From positions 372,001 to 436,000 of the forward strand of contig BROI01000022.1 of NCBI GenBank assembly GCA_027923505.1: a stretch of DNA of 64,000 nt. The letters are read 5' to 3'. Both the position numbers and the translations under genes were made by a program. Of the stretch, positions 45,902 to 58,000 are shown piece by piece. The notes beneath the pieces were generated by a model. That model did no database searches, was not told the origin of the DNA, and saw nothing but the letters and a program-made list of their open reading frames with translations. Every line of letters starts with the position of its first letter. The first letter of the stretch is position 1. The DNA is from Mayamaea pseudoterrestris (lineage: Eukaryota).

Positions 45902-46507
45902 GGTCGTGATGGGAAAATGGAATGGCGGTCGCTAAAGCCGTAATAAATGTCGCAAAGCGATCGCATGTACCGCGCGGTAGCACTTATTTTGGCGATAGGG
46001 ATGCCTCATCACCGAAAGCATTGCTCTCCTAGTACAATGTACACAAGGCTTTGTTATATAGCTCGTCTACGCACATGACTCCCTTTGATGTACGCATAAA
46101 CAGAAATTGAATCGGCCAATCTTCATTACTCGTTTCTCATTCCTCAACACGACGCTGGTCTTGAGGAGAGGCCTGTAAATTAGCAAGAAAAGAACAGCGT
46201 TGATTTTGTTCAAACAAGGTCAATGCATTGCTGCCGCCTATGAGACTATGTCAAGTCAATTTACAAATCACAATTTATAATAGAGAGCCATTTGGGTATA
46301 GGCTCTCATTTATAGTTACAAGTAAAAGGATTGTGGCAATCGGCAAGCATCACTGCAGTTCAAAACCTACGACGCGAGTGGATGGAGAGCGGTACAATCA
46401 CTCACTCCTCTCTCTGACTCAATCCAAATCAGTCATTCATTTTGTCAAGCATCTGTACTTTTCCTCCTTGACAAATACTTGACAAAATCGACTCGCGCGC
46501 GCGTCGT

Positions 46508-46960
46508 CTAGTGACGACGACCGCCAGCCGCATCAAACTGAACCGCCAAGCCATCAATCTCCGCGCCGAGCTGATCCAAGTTGGCATCCTCCGCATGCTC
46601 ATTCTCCTGGACTTGCGCAAACGTACTCGCAACTTGGTTCGCGACGCTAAAATACGACTGGTAGGCTCCAACCATGCTCAACGTGGCGTTCTGCAAGTCG
46701 TTCGAAAACGTTTCAAACTCCTTGCGAACATGCTGGTACATGTCGTCGTATGTTCCTTCGTTGTCGTCCATGCCAGTATCTTCGTCGCCGTCATTGGCAG
46801 ATGCGTCCTTGCCAGTGGTTTTGCTGTCATTGGGCGACTCGTTGAACGAGTCAAACGATCCTTCATTGGTCGTCGTGCCAGTCATGTACTGCGCCTCCAT
46901 GTCGGCTTGGTATGCCTTTTCAAAGGCATCCATATCATCGGAAGCAGATGGCGTAGTCAT
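46508..46960 (-). CDS. Small acidic hypothetical protein with a coiled-coil C-terminal half
   Basis: ATG-initiated 150-aa ORF, Asp/Glu-rich, with a heptad-like helix. Confidence 0.6.
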   Translation of the reverse strand: MTTPSASDDMDAFEKAYQADMEAQYMTGTTTNEGSFDSFNESPNDSKTTGKDASANDGDEDTGMDDNEGTYDDMYQHVRKEFETFSNDLQNATLSMVGAYQSYFSVANQVASTFAQVQENEHAEDANLDQLGAEIDGLAVQFDAAGGRRH

Positions 46961-47346
46961 GTTACTAGAGAGAGACTAGAATGTTTGCCGAAAGGAATGG
47001 TGAGCGTGTGAGAGGCGCATTGCAGCAAGCATACAACGTGAAATGAGCATGAGCAGCATTGGTAAGTCATACGCGCACTCCCCAATTCACAATGGACTAA
47101 GCTTTTCAATATCAATCAATATAACATACATGCAGCCATTGACGTACCGATAGAGAGGGAATCGAAGACAAGAAGAGCAAGCTTTTGGATCGCAGCATGG
47201 ACCATGGATGCACGAAACGCGAAAGTGTCAAGCTTTCACGCGAAGTGAAATTCCGAGGATGCACGTCGTAACGTGACTGAATTCGCGCCTGCCGGACTGC
47301 GATCCACAAAGATCTTTCGTCGCAACAGTTACTCGTGCCATTCACC

Positions 47347-48423
47347 ATGAGATGCAGCTACCGTCACCTTGCAGTTTGGGCCTCTACTTCCTCCCCAATG
47401 ACTAAATCATTTGCATTTCGAATCGGCAAAGGAGAAATTCGGTTTCGAAGCTCAATTCGCATGTCAACATCCACAGCATCATCATCATCATCATCAGCCG
47501 TCGAGGAAAGCAACAAAATGCTTCGCGTCGGCCTCTGCCAATTCCACGTGACATCCGACAAGGAAACGAACCACAAGACTTGTGCCAACTACATTCACAA
47601 GGCAGTATCTCAAGGCGCCAAGCTCGTGGTACTGCCAGAAATATGGAACAGTCCGTACGCCACACTCGCCTTTCCCGAATACGCCGAAACGCTTCCTGAC
47701 GTTTCTGCTGCCGCATCCATTGACGCGTCAAAGTCACCGTCCGCTGTCTTGCTGCAGCAGCAAGCAAAGGAGCACAACATTTGGCTCGTTGGAGGAAGTG
47801 TTCCGGAAGTTTGCGACGGAAAATACTATAACACATGCCTCGTCTTTGATCCAAGTGGCCAAGTCGTTGCCAAGCACCGCAAGATGCACTTGTTTGACAT
47901 TGACGTTCCCGGCAAGATTACCTTTTTCGAGTCGGATACACTCACTGCAGGAGATACTGTTTCAACGTTTCAGTTGGAGGACGGAACCATGATTGGCATT
48001 GGCATTTGCTACGACATTCGCTTCGCCGAATACGCCATGCTGCTCCAGCAACTTGGCTGCAAAATATTGATTTATCCAGGCGCCTTCAACATGACGACGG
48101 GACCCTTGCACTGGGAGCTACTGCAGCGGGGACGTGCCAATGATAACCAGTGCTTTGTACTGACGGCATCGCCGGCGCGGACGGTGCCGAGTGATAACGA
48201 CGATAATGAGAGCAACAAGTATCCGCACTACACGGCGTGGGGCCACAGCACGGCTGTCAGTCCTTGGGGCAAGGTGATTGCAACGACTGATGAAACGGAA
48301 GGTGTTGTGATTGCTGATTTAAACCTGGCCGAAGTGGATGAAGTGCGAAGCGCCATTCCAGTTGGAAAGCAAAAGAGGTCGGACGTTTACAATCTAGTGA
48401 CGCGGGCGGCAGATAAGAAATAA
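47347..48423 (+). CDS. NIT2: Omega-amidase NIT2 / carbon-nitrogen hydrolase with an N-terminal targeting extension
   Basis: Catalytic triad motifs 'LPEIWNSPY', 'HRKMHLFDID' and 'ICYDIRF', plus 'AFNMTTGPLHWELLQRGRA' and 'WGHS'. Alternative ATGs at 47398 and 47461. Confidence 0.93.
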   Translation: MRCSYRHLAVWASTSSPMTKSFAFRIGKGEIRFRSSIRMSTSTASSSSSSAVEESNKMLRVGLCQFHVTSDKETNHKTCANYIHKAVSQGAKLVVLPEIWNSPYATLAFPEYAETLPDVSAAASIDASKSPSAVLLQQQAKEHNIWLVGGSVPEVCDGKYYNTCLVFDPSGQVVAKHRKMHLFDIDVPGKITFFESDTLTAGDTVSTFQLEDGTMIGIGICYDIRFAEYAMLLQQLGCKILIYPGAFNMTTGPLHWELLQRGRANDNQCFVLTASPARTVPSDNDDNESNKYPHYTAWGHSTAVSPWGKVIATTDETEGVVIADLNLAEVDEVRSAIPVGKQKRSDVYNLVTRAADKK

Positions 48424-48554
48424 ATGTGGGCGGCATATGAGATCTGATATTATATGGGTTCTCTCCTTAAAAACAACTATAATGTCTACTGGGCTTCGGT
48501 CAAAAAGTCGCGAGGAAACGTATAGTATTAGAGTTACCGTTAGTTCAACCTCAC

Positions 48555-50567
48555 TCACTTATTGCTCGCCTTTCTTTGTATCGGACCTGTCTCATGAATC
48601 ATGCGTAAAAGCTGTTTCTGGTAGCAAAGATGTTGAAGTAGTGTGATAGATGCACCCACTTGATCCGCGAATGGTGCACATTGCAAGGACAAGTTTAATA
48701 CAGCGATGCCGACTTTCCGAAACGCACGCATAAATGCTCGTTCCCAGCGCGACCCGCTCGCTTTTGATTTGTGTAGTGAAACAAGAGCCAAGATGCGTTG
48801 GATACGCTCTCCCTTGACTTCATCCTCTCCTTGTGCGAAAGCTTTGTGGTAGCAAAAGTCAGCAACGTTTATAACGCCCTCTCCTTGCACCTCATCAGAT
48901 GTCAGATTGAGGGCATGCATGCGTTTGGAATCCATGTCATCTGCCAAGCTGCGCACAACATTTAGTGCCACTTCCTTTGGTGACAATGCAGAGCCTGACG
49001 TGAGCGTCTTTTTGTTGCGGCGCGACTCCTCCAAACGTGTTAGTAGCATTTGTATAATTTGATGCTCGCACGGCGCGGCTTGATGTGATTCCGCCATGGC
49101 TTGCACGTCGCTCGCATTTAAAGTGACGGAAATGCCATCATCAAAGACAATCGTCAGTCGATTAACAATCGCGTCCTTACGTTTGCGACTGCTTCCCGCC
49201 AAGCGTGATCGCCACAGGGTCACCACGGTGCATCGAACAAGTTGCCAAATTTCTGCCGTTCGCCGCTCTAAATCTATCACCAAGTCATGGCTGGGTATGT
49301 TTGCCAGACAAATGACGTCCAATGTCATTGAGGCGAGGTGGCTGACAGCATTGCCGTTCAAAGAGCTCAAAGACAAATGACTTTTGCTTATCAACTCTTT
49401 TACGGCACTGCACAATCGCCCGTGCGCGTCATGGTAGGCAACAATGGTCAAAATCTTGCTGGTGAATTCCGCAACCGGTCCAATGCGAACGCCAGTGTAT
49501 GGTACATGGAGCTTGGCGCAAGCGTTGCGGAGCGTGGCGTTTTCCGCGTCAGTCATGTCGCGGACAGCGCCAAGGAACAAGCATAACTGAGTATTTTGAC
49601 ATGATGAATCTTTCCTTGCTGCATCAAACTTATTCCAATAGGGTAGCTCTAAATCACTCGTCTCGTGCAAGGTTCCCGCAATGACTCGCTGCAATTCGGG
49701 CGATTGTGGCTGCAGGAGCGTTTCCAAAATTTCCTCCAAGGCGGCACTGCTGCTGCTGCCGTTGCATGTCGTTGAACTCGTCGTTGCGACTGTACTACCA
49801 TGCGTGCGCATCCAATCGTCCCAAATGTTCAATAGTGCCTGTTTGTTCGTCTTTTTCAACACGACTGCCGCCGAGCTGTTGAGGTGATGCCTGCGCAAAA
49901 AGTCCAAGTCGCAAGTGGATTGCAAATGCTTGAGAATGTCACGTTTATCCTGCATGCTGGTTGGCATGGTACATGTTTGTGCTGCTGATTGCGATGGAAC
50001 CAGGCGACAAAACAAGCCATTCATGGTCACGACTTGTCCAGAATGTTCCGACGCGAGCTTCCAAAGTGACAGAACCGACTGTTCCGTCGGGTACGTGGTT
50101 GTTGTCAATGGCGTTTCATTGTCAGCTGACGTCTCGTCCAAACTCATGTAAATTGTCGTCCAGTCTTGATCAAAGAGTATTACAAGCTCCCGTTTGCATT
50201 GACTATTGCATTGACTATTGCTGCCAGTTGCAGGCCCGTGGAGAAAGCTGGCGACGCATCGCACCAAGGCGTCGCGGCGGTGGAACCATTGCGAGTCGTC
50301 CTTGTTGGGTCGAAAGTGAACGGCCTGGTCGGATGTGAACAAGACGACGCGAAGGAGTGACGTTTGGTTCTCAGTGATTGTGGTTTGGTGGTTAATTAAT
50401 GGCATGCCAGGGTGAAAGGATAATGTGTGTTGGAGCTGCGGAACATGTGATTGGCAGGTCGTCGTTGGGAACATGAACGAGAACCGGTATGCGACGCAGC
50501 GGTACTCATTTTTCGAGCAAAAATCAAGCGCGGCTCGAGTGCCACTCTTTGGTGAAAGCAGCATCAT
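48555..50567 (-). CDS. Hypothetical protein with two TrmY-like SPOUT methyltransferase modules (start may be 50405)
   Basis: Long intronless ORF. First module: 'RRDALVRCVASFL' and knot-like 'LFLGAVRDMTDAE...RIGPVAEFTSKILTIV'. A second degenerate copy starts 'LVRCTVVTLWRS...LTIVFDDG...APCEHQII'. Confidence 0.55.
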   Translation of the reverse strand: MMLLSPKSGTRAALDFCSKNEYRCVAYRFSFMFPTTTCQSHVPQLQHTLSFHPGMPLINHQTTITENQTSLLRVVLFTSDQAVHFRPNKDDSQWFHRRDALVRCVASFLHGPATGSNSQCNSQCKRELVILFDQDWTTIYMSLDETSADNETPLTTTTYPTEQSVLSLWKLASEHSGQVVTMNGLFCRLVPSQSAAQTCTMPTSMQDKRDILKHLQSTCDLDFLRRHHLNSSAAVVLKKTNKQALLNIWDDWMRTHGSTVATTSSTTCNGSSSSAALEEILETLLQPQSPELQRVIAGTLHETSDLELPYWNKFDAARKDSSCQNTQLCLFLGAVRDMTDAENATLRNACAKLHVPYTGVRIGPVAEFTSKILTIVAYHDAHGRLCSAVKELISKSHLSLSSLNGNAVSHLASMTLDVICLANIPSHDLVIDLERRTAEIWQLVRCTVVTLWRSRLAGSSRKRKDAIVNRLTIVFDDGISVTLNASDVQAMAESHQAAPCEHQIIQMLLTRLEESRRNKKTLTSGSALSPKEVALNVVRSLADDMDSKRMHALNLTSDEVQGEGVINVADFCYHKAFAQGEDEVKGERIQRILALVSLHKSKASGSRWERAFMRAFRKVGIAVLNLSLQCAPFADQVGASITLLQHLCYQKQLLRMIHETGPIQRKASNK

Positions 50568-50641
50568 AACAAGCGAGAACCGTATTTAGGTTCCCAATTG
50601 CAAGTCTAAACAGCTTCAGTTTAGTAGCACAGCTTGGAATA

Positions 50642-53173
50642 ATGTCGCTGAATGGTTCTGATCGATCAATCACAATCACCGAAGACGACGGCGACGACTA
50701 CGAAGGCTGCAAGCCAGGCATTACATTGGAGGCAGCCGCAGCAGATTCCAACATTCCTGCCGCTGACGTATTTGAGGGCGACTCGCAGTACTCCTTCGAG
50801 GAGCACTACACATTGGAGGATCGCATTGCCGAAGGCAGCTTTGGCCAAGTATTTATTGCTCGCCACGTTGCTTCGAACCGCGTGTACGCCGTCAAGATTA
50901 TACTGCGCGCCAAGCTCAACGACCGCGACAAGGACTTGGTCGCCCGCGAGGTTTGCATTCTCAAAGATTGTCGCGACATGACCAACATTGTCCGACTCGT
51001 CGACTACTACTCGAGTTTCGAAAAAATTTACATTGTGCAGCTCTACGCCGAGGGAGGGGACGTCTTTTCGCGACTGGCGACGCGCACCTACTTTAACGAA
51101 AAGGATGCCCGCGACTTGGCCTACCAGCTGCTCATTGCGGTGCGAGCCTTGCATGCCAAGAAGATTGCTCATAGGGATTTGAAACCGGAGAATTTGCTGC
51201 TGCGAAGCTTGATGCGAGACTCGGAGATTCTTGTTGCTGATTTTGGATTTGCTTCCTATGTTCCAGATGGCGGACTCAAGACGCGATGTGGAACGGTGAG
51301 TGGCTAGAGTGCTTTTTATAATGATGATGAGGGGCTTGTCTTTCAAAGCTTTGGCTACAGAGTTCTCGCAGGAGCTGTAGCGAAGATCTATATGACTATA
51401 TAACAATATCAGACGGTTCTCTCACATTATTATCTCTTACATTCGCACCAGCCTGCCTTTGTCGCACCCGAAGTACTTGAATCAAACTGCCGCTACAATG
51501 AACGCTGCGATATGTGGAGTGTCGGCTGTCTCTTGTACATTTTGATTGGTGGTTATCCTCCGTTTCAGGCACGCAATCATCGTCTCCTCTTTCGCAAGAT
51601 TCGAGGTGCGGATTTTTGCTTCCACGATCAATACTTTAAGCATGTCAGCATTGCCGCAAAGCAATTGATTGCGAGTATGTTAACAGTCGATCCCAAGTAT
51701 CGCGTCACTGCCGAGCAAGCGATTGAAAAGAGTCGTTGGATCCAAATGCGGGCTGCCGACTTGGAAAAAGCGGACCTTTCGGCGTCGTTGGGTGAAATGA
51801 AAAAGTTTCAAGCGCGAACGTCGCTCAAGGGAGCCATGCGAACAGTTTTGTGGAGCGTTCAATGCAAATTCAAAAGCGTCGATGATGTTGGATTCGGTGA
51901 CCAGATTAAGGAATGGAATAAGACTGATGAAGCACGGGATCGATTCGAGCGCGCGTACAAGACGGAGATGCGTCCGACGCTCCGATTTTCGGATGTTTAC
52001 GAGATTGGAAAGCTTTTGCATCGCGGAAGAACAGAAGTGTATGAATGTAGACACAAGCACGAGGATTGCATGTATGCCGTCAAGATGATTAGTGCGACCA
52101 AGCCGAATCGTGAACTAGCCGGCAAGCGATCATTATCGGAAAGCATTCACCACGAATTAGCGGTACTAAACAGTTTGAACCATCGACTCATTCTCAAGAT
52201 TATTGACTTTTTCGAGGAGGACGATTACTATTACTTTGTTACCGAGTTAATGGAAGGTGGCGACTTGTTCGACCGCATTTTAACAAATCAGGTTTACACG
52301 GAAAAGGATGCTCGGGACCTTGCCCGAACGCTCATGGAGGCTGTCGACGTTTTACACGACAATCACATTACTCACAGGGACATTAAGCCGCAGAACATTT
52401 TGATGAAGTCCAAGGACAACAATTCTGATATCAAGATTTGCGACTTTGCTTTTGCGTGTCGCGTTCACACTCCGCAGTCGCTCGTCACTCGCTGTGGAAC
52501 GGTACGTCCTGCCCGATAATATTCTACCGGCTTGCTACCTTGCACATCTCACAACTTTATTTTCATCATGCAGCCGACGTATGTTGCGCCAGAGATTCTC
52601 AAAAATATCCCTTACGACGAAACTGCAGACATGTGGAGTGTAGGTGTCGTTCTGTTCGTCATTCTTTCCGGGCAGCCACCTTTTGCTGACGACAACCAGA
52701 CAGTCTTGTTTGAAAAGATTCGCATCGGCGAGTATGACATGACCACTCCGGAGTGGAACGGCATTTCAGAAGATGCCAAGACTCTTGTACGAAACCTGCT
52801 ACACATAAATCCCCAGCAGCGATGGACCGCCAAGCAAGCGATACACTGCAAGTGGCTAGTAGAAGAGGATCCTAGACTTGAAAGTGTGGTATTGGCTGAA
52901 ACTTATGATTTGATACGAAAACGCAAGAGTCGCTTGAAAAATGTTGCCAAAACTGTCATGTGGATGAATCGGCATAGCATTCGAAAAAGCGTTAATGGTG
53001 CTGCGGCAGTGGCGAAAGCCGTCAATCTGACGGACGGGGACGAGACAAAGAGTCCGGCGCAAGAGCAGGTGGTTGACGATGATTCCGCGCAAAAGTCATC
53101 CGAGAATGTATTTTCGGAAACGAGCATAGCTGAACTCATGGCTGGAGCAACTGACGAGGCTGTGATGATTTAG
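50642..53173 (+). CDS. Dual-domain CaMK-like Ser/Thr protein kinase (~767 aa); exons 50642-51295, 51452-52501, 52574-53173
   Basis: Two full kinase domains (HRDLKPEN/DFG/APE and HRDIKPQN/DFA/APE). Both introns split 'CGT|P' in phase 0. Confidence 0.92.
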
Positions 53174-53498
53174 AGCAAAGCTAACGAAGCTAACTGTAAA
53201 CGACAATCTCGTGTTTATGAAGTGATGTCTTCATTACATAGGCGATTGCTTGGTAGCATAGGTAAACTATTTCGTTCTTGGACGACTTGTTAGAGAGGCG
53301 TGAGACTGTTTCGAGACGATTTTCTTTAGCTATGCTGCTCCCGAGCGTCGGAGCTTCAGATCTTCCAATGCGCGGGCGCCCGCCGTGCATCCTTCCACGC
53401 TGCAAAAGCCTTCCGATCCTTCCCACAATCTTTGCGCGTTGCCCGATCGTGGTTCGTCTCAAGTTCATTGCCTCCTCTACTCTCCCTTCGACTCCGCC

Positions 53499-54224
53499 AT
53501 GGTACGATAGAGGTGCAGCGGATGATTCAAAGCGCGCATTTGATGACTGTGTGCAATCTGGAGCAATTTACGCTTGAAAAGAAAGCGCCATGGTCATTCC
53601 ACGAAACGAGAAACGGTCGCGTCGCTACTCTCGATTTGATTGCTTTCCTAGCGCCTTGAGCATGCCTCACTCAGCGTATTTTGGCTCACTTTATTACAGA
53701 TTGACCCAAGTATCAGCAAATCTGACAAGACTGCTGTCGTTCCGCCGCCAGTGGCCAGCACGCCAGCTCCTATTTTGCCTCAGCCTTTCCAAGGAAAGGC
53801 GCCGCTCGTTGATGCTCGCCCAGAGCAGCAGCCGTTTCAAGATGCCGGACGCAACGTCACTCGTCGTTTGCCGTTCGCTCCGAGCTTCGACGAAACCATG
53901 CGTCAGGGGAACAGCAACAACTATGCGCCGGCGTTCATGCCGTTTGCTCATCCTCATCAGCCGTTCCAAGTCGACCAAGGATTGGAGAACTTGCTCGTCT
54001 TTGCACCTCCAGCTCATGTCCAAGCTTACATGATTCAAATGCTGTACAAGCTGGGAACCGACATGGCGCGCTTGGAAGCCAAGCTGGATGCTTGGAACGC
54101 CAAGGCGGCGAGCTCGAAAACGGCGGCGGCGCCCAAGCGCAAGCGCGCCACCAAGAAGCAAGTCGAAGCGGCGGCGGCGGCGGCCACCGCGAACGAAAAT
54201 GACAAGAATGTGGAGCAAATTTAG
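53499..54224 (+). CDS. Hypothetical 175-aa protein (Pro-rich, short coiled coil, basic NLS-like tail); exons 53499-53501 (ATG only), 53700-54224
   Basis: Donor 'ccgccATG|gtacga' and acceptor 'ctcac...ttattacag|ATT' are in frame with the ORF. Contains 'LARLEAKLD'-type helix (MARLEAKLD) and 'PKRKRATKK'. Confidence 0.6.
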
Positions 54225-55033
54225 CTTGGCGTAGTATATGCTTGGCGTAAGCGAATCGTTGGATAAGCATGTGGTTGCAGTCGAGCACGCCTTGCCGGGC
54301 TAGAGGAACGGGAAGCGACGGATGATCCCTTGTAGCTCGTAATCAATTAGGTGGATAGCTTCAGAGATTGATTATCATACATGAAAAACCCTGCATGCGT
54401 AGTCATCGAGTACAGTTGTAGGCTGACTATTTGCGTTGCTACAATACAATTCTGAAAGCGCCCTTCCTGCAAAGCTCGTATTGCATCTTACAAACAACTA
54501 GATCATGGATCTCGCTATGCTATTGAACATGAAGCGACTGCATGGCAGAGTGTTTCGTAGTCAAGTAACGCTCTCATCCGACCATGCGAGTAATACCGGT
54601 ATAGGTAGTTTTACCGCGCCATAATCTAACCGGTAGCTAAGCTTCATGTCGGACTGGCATTGACTCCACGCGAGAACCTCTCCGCGCCGCCGCCGAAGCC
54701 ATCCGAGAGAACGATTGCGTTTGCGCATCGACGACGATTGCTTCCTTTAAATACAGAGAGACGTAGCAAACACTGTCTGAATAAGAGCCATAAGCTTGAT
54801 TTAAATAAAGGAGCAATAAAGGAGCGAATTGAGAAAACGCAATTAACCTTGACAAGCAACGACTCGAGAGGCACGACCCATATTCCTTCACCGGTTCACT
54901 CAATAGTTGTTACCTGATTAGTAGTAAAAGATTCACTGGGTCCCTTAATCGAATCAATTTTGAATAAAAAGAGTTGGCGTCATTTGTGTTCATTTTTTGG
55001 CGAATCAAGTAAAGAGCAAGCTTCAATTTTACC

Positions 55034-58000
55034 ATGGCGTCGATGATTGCTGCTCCAAGCGGCAGCCTCGCAAATCCAGCGCCGTTCGATCATGACGAGA
55101 CGGAGGACGCTCCCAAATTTCGTCACGGCGTTCCTACTTCTTCCATACAACCAGCAGATTTAGTTTTGCAAAAGGTGGCCGAGCCAGGCGCTCGGAGCCA
55201 AACGCAAGGGTCGGCGAGCACGGCGAGTACCGAATCTTCCACCGAAAGTGGTTTCATGGCGGAACAAAAGCAGCAACGAATCGATCAAGACTGCAGTCTA
55301 TCCAATGAGGGTAACGACGACGCTACAGACTCGACTTGCGTTGCTCACAAGCTTCAAGTTAAATATCTTCGAGCGGAGGAGCAAGCGTTGATTGAAAAGC
55401 TCTTTCTAAAGCGCATGCAGCCAACAAGCAATGTCAAAAGTGGCACCTCTACTTCTGTCAGGCCATTATCAGCTCCATCGCCATGCTCGCTCTTACTCAT
55501 TACTGGTCCATGTGGATCGGGCAAGTCCTACTTGGCCAAGACTTGCTTGCAGCCACTAGTGCAGGAGCGAAATGGCTTGCTCGTGCGCGGAACCTTTGAC
55601 AAGTCGCAACTCTATGCACCCAGTCCCTATAGTGCCTTGACAATGGCCTTGACGGAATGGACGCAACTAGTAGTGCAACAGGGAATTGTTAACGTTCAAA
55701 GAGTGAAGCAAGCTATCATAAACGGCGTTGGCGAGGATGACGCAGGCTTGCTGCAGAGTATGATTCCAGCCGTGGAATGTATACTGGGAACAAGCGCAGC
55801 GACGAACGACACTACAGGAAGCAGCAATGAACAGACAACAAACAAGAAAAAGTGCCCCAACATGAATGCCATTTGCGGCGCAAACATCAAGTCGAAGCAA
55901 TCCCTACAGCGGTTCACGTCGGTCTTGACAAACTTTTTGCATTCCATTTCGTCGTGCGAGTCTCCACTTGTGTTAATACTGGATGACTTGCACTATGCGG
56001 ATCCGTGCTCGCTGGATATACTGGCATGTTTGGTTTGTAACACGCCTGGCATGTTTCTCGTTGGTACATGTGACGATTCGAGCGTTTTGGGCAAGTCGTA
56101 CTTGGCGAGCAAGCTGCGCGAAATTGAGGACACGTCAGAAGTGAGCTTGGTGCACGTTCAGCTTGGCAATTTACATGAAGAGCAAGTGAATCAGTTGCTG
56201 CGCATGACGTTTACTGTTAATCGAGCGAGTGGGGTTGATGAAACGTCTGATCAAGACGACAGCGTTAAAGCACTGGCCAAGTTATTGATGGAGCAAACAG
56301 ATGGCAACATTTTTTACGTGACAGCTTTCTTGCACTGGCTAGTCAAGTCGGAGCTGTTGGATCGTCATGGTGCGTCTGCGACGGAGCCATGGACTTGGGA
56401 TGTGGACGAAATTCGATTGAGTTTGCCGTCGGCGCAAAAGATGGATGTGGTGGACTTTCTCAGTGGTAGATTTCTAGAAGAGCTCCCTTGTGACTTGAAA
56501 GAAACACTCAAGGTAGCGGCCTGCATTGGATCACATATTTCGGGCCGGCTAGTAGAGCATGCATTCGGAACAAGTGCTTTGCCATGTCTACGCGAAGCTC
56601 GAGAGCGAGGGATTTTGCTTGGCGACGATGAGCACGGAGTGTATTCGTTCAACCATGAGTATTTGCAAATGGCAGCGTACCGTCTTATACCTAAAGCCGA
56701 CTTGGCACTGTATCATTTGGAGATTGGTCGACGCATTTGGCGACATATATCGCCCTGTGGATTGCACCGACTGTTATTTGTAATCTTGGCGCAAATGCAG
56801 CATGGCAAGCACCTTATCACGCGAGACAAGGAGCGTCTCGCCGTTGCAAACCTTTGCTTGAGCGCTGGAACAGTAGCGGCTCGTACGTCAACCTTTCGAA
56901 CTGCGGCAATCTACTTGGAATTTGGAATACTAATGCTGGAGGACAGAAGCTGGCGCGACGAGTACGACTTGACACTGTCGCTTTTCAAGTTTGCGGCGGA
57001 GGTTCAAATGTGCACTGCCAATTTTGAACGCATGGACGAGTTGGTGAATGCAGTTTTGAAGAATGCTCGCCGGCTTCTTGACAAGATTCCAGCCTACTGC
57101 ACGAGAATATACGCGCTCAGTGTCCAAGGACAAGGTGAGCAGGCTATATTGACTGGCGTTGACGTTCTTGCTGGTCTAGGAGAAAATTTTCCGGGCCGAC
57201 TGTGCGGTGTGCAACTGCACAAGCTGTATTGCAAGGTTGCAAAGCAACTTTATGGAAAGAGCGACGAAGTCATTTTGCGGATGCCAACCCTTATCGACGA
57301 AGAGAAGCTGGCCTCGCTGCAAGTACTGCACTTGATATTCATCACGGCACTCCTTTCTCGTCCAAGGTTTACTCCGTTCATTGTACTGACGATGATGGAC
57401 ATTACTCTTCGCAACGGCTTGTCCGCTTTCTCATCCTTGGCGTTTGCATACTTTGGAATGGTGTGCCTGCAGTATATTAACGACACAAAGATGGCATTTC
57501 GCTACGGAGAGCTCAGCCTGGCACTGTTGGACCGTTTTCAAGCAGAGGAGTTCATTCCTCGTGTTCATTGTGCATTCTATGGATGCATTTACCCACGTCG
57601 AAAGCCGCTTGAGGATACACTGGAACACCTTTGGACAGCCCATCTCATTGGCATGCGTACAGGTGACCACAACGCTGCCTTTCTTTGCGCTAGCCTTTGG
57701 ATGATTAATGCTTTTGAATCAAATGTTCCGCTACCTGCAATTGAGCGAAGAATGAAAAAGTGTCGCGAGTCCATGAGGTCATACCGACAGACGACGCAAA
57801 TGGCTGTCGTTCAACCACATCTCAGCACCATTGACTTTTTAATGGGCGTCGCCGAAGATGATGGTTTTGATGATACAGACAACGTTCTGGAACCACAAAA
57901 CAATGTAACGACCGAGTTCAATATCCCCTTTACGAGATTGCAACGCTCTTTCTTCTTTAACGATTTCGAAAATACAACGTCGATTCAAATTGCCCTCACC

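Noticed and set aside
54660..54917. 85-aa ORF upstream of the STAND ATPase
   Set aside because: Non-ATG start, no motif, in AT-rich promoter-like DNA, and no clear splice link to the ATPase.
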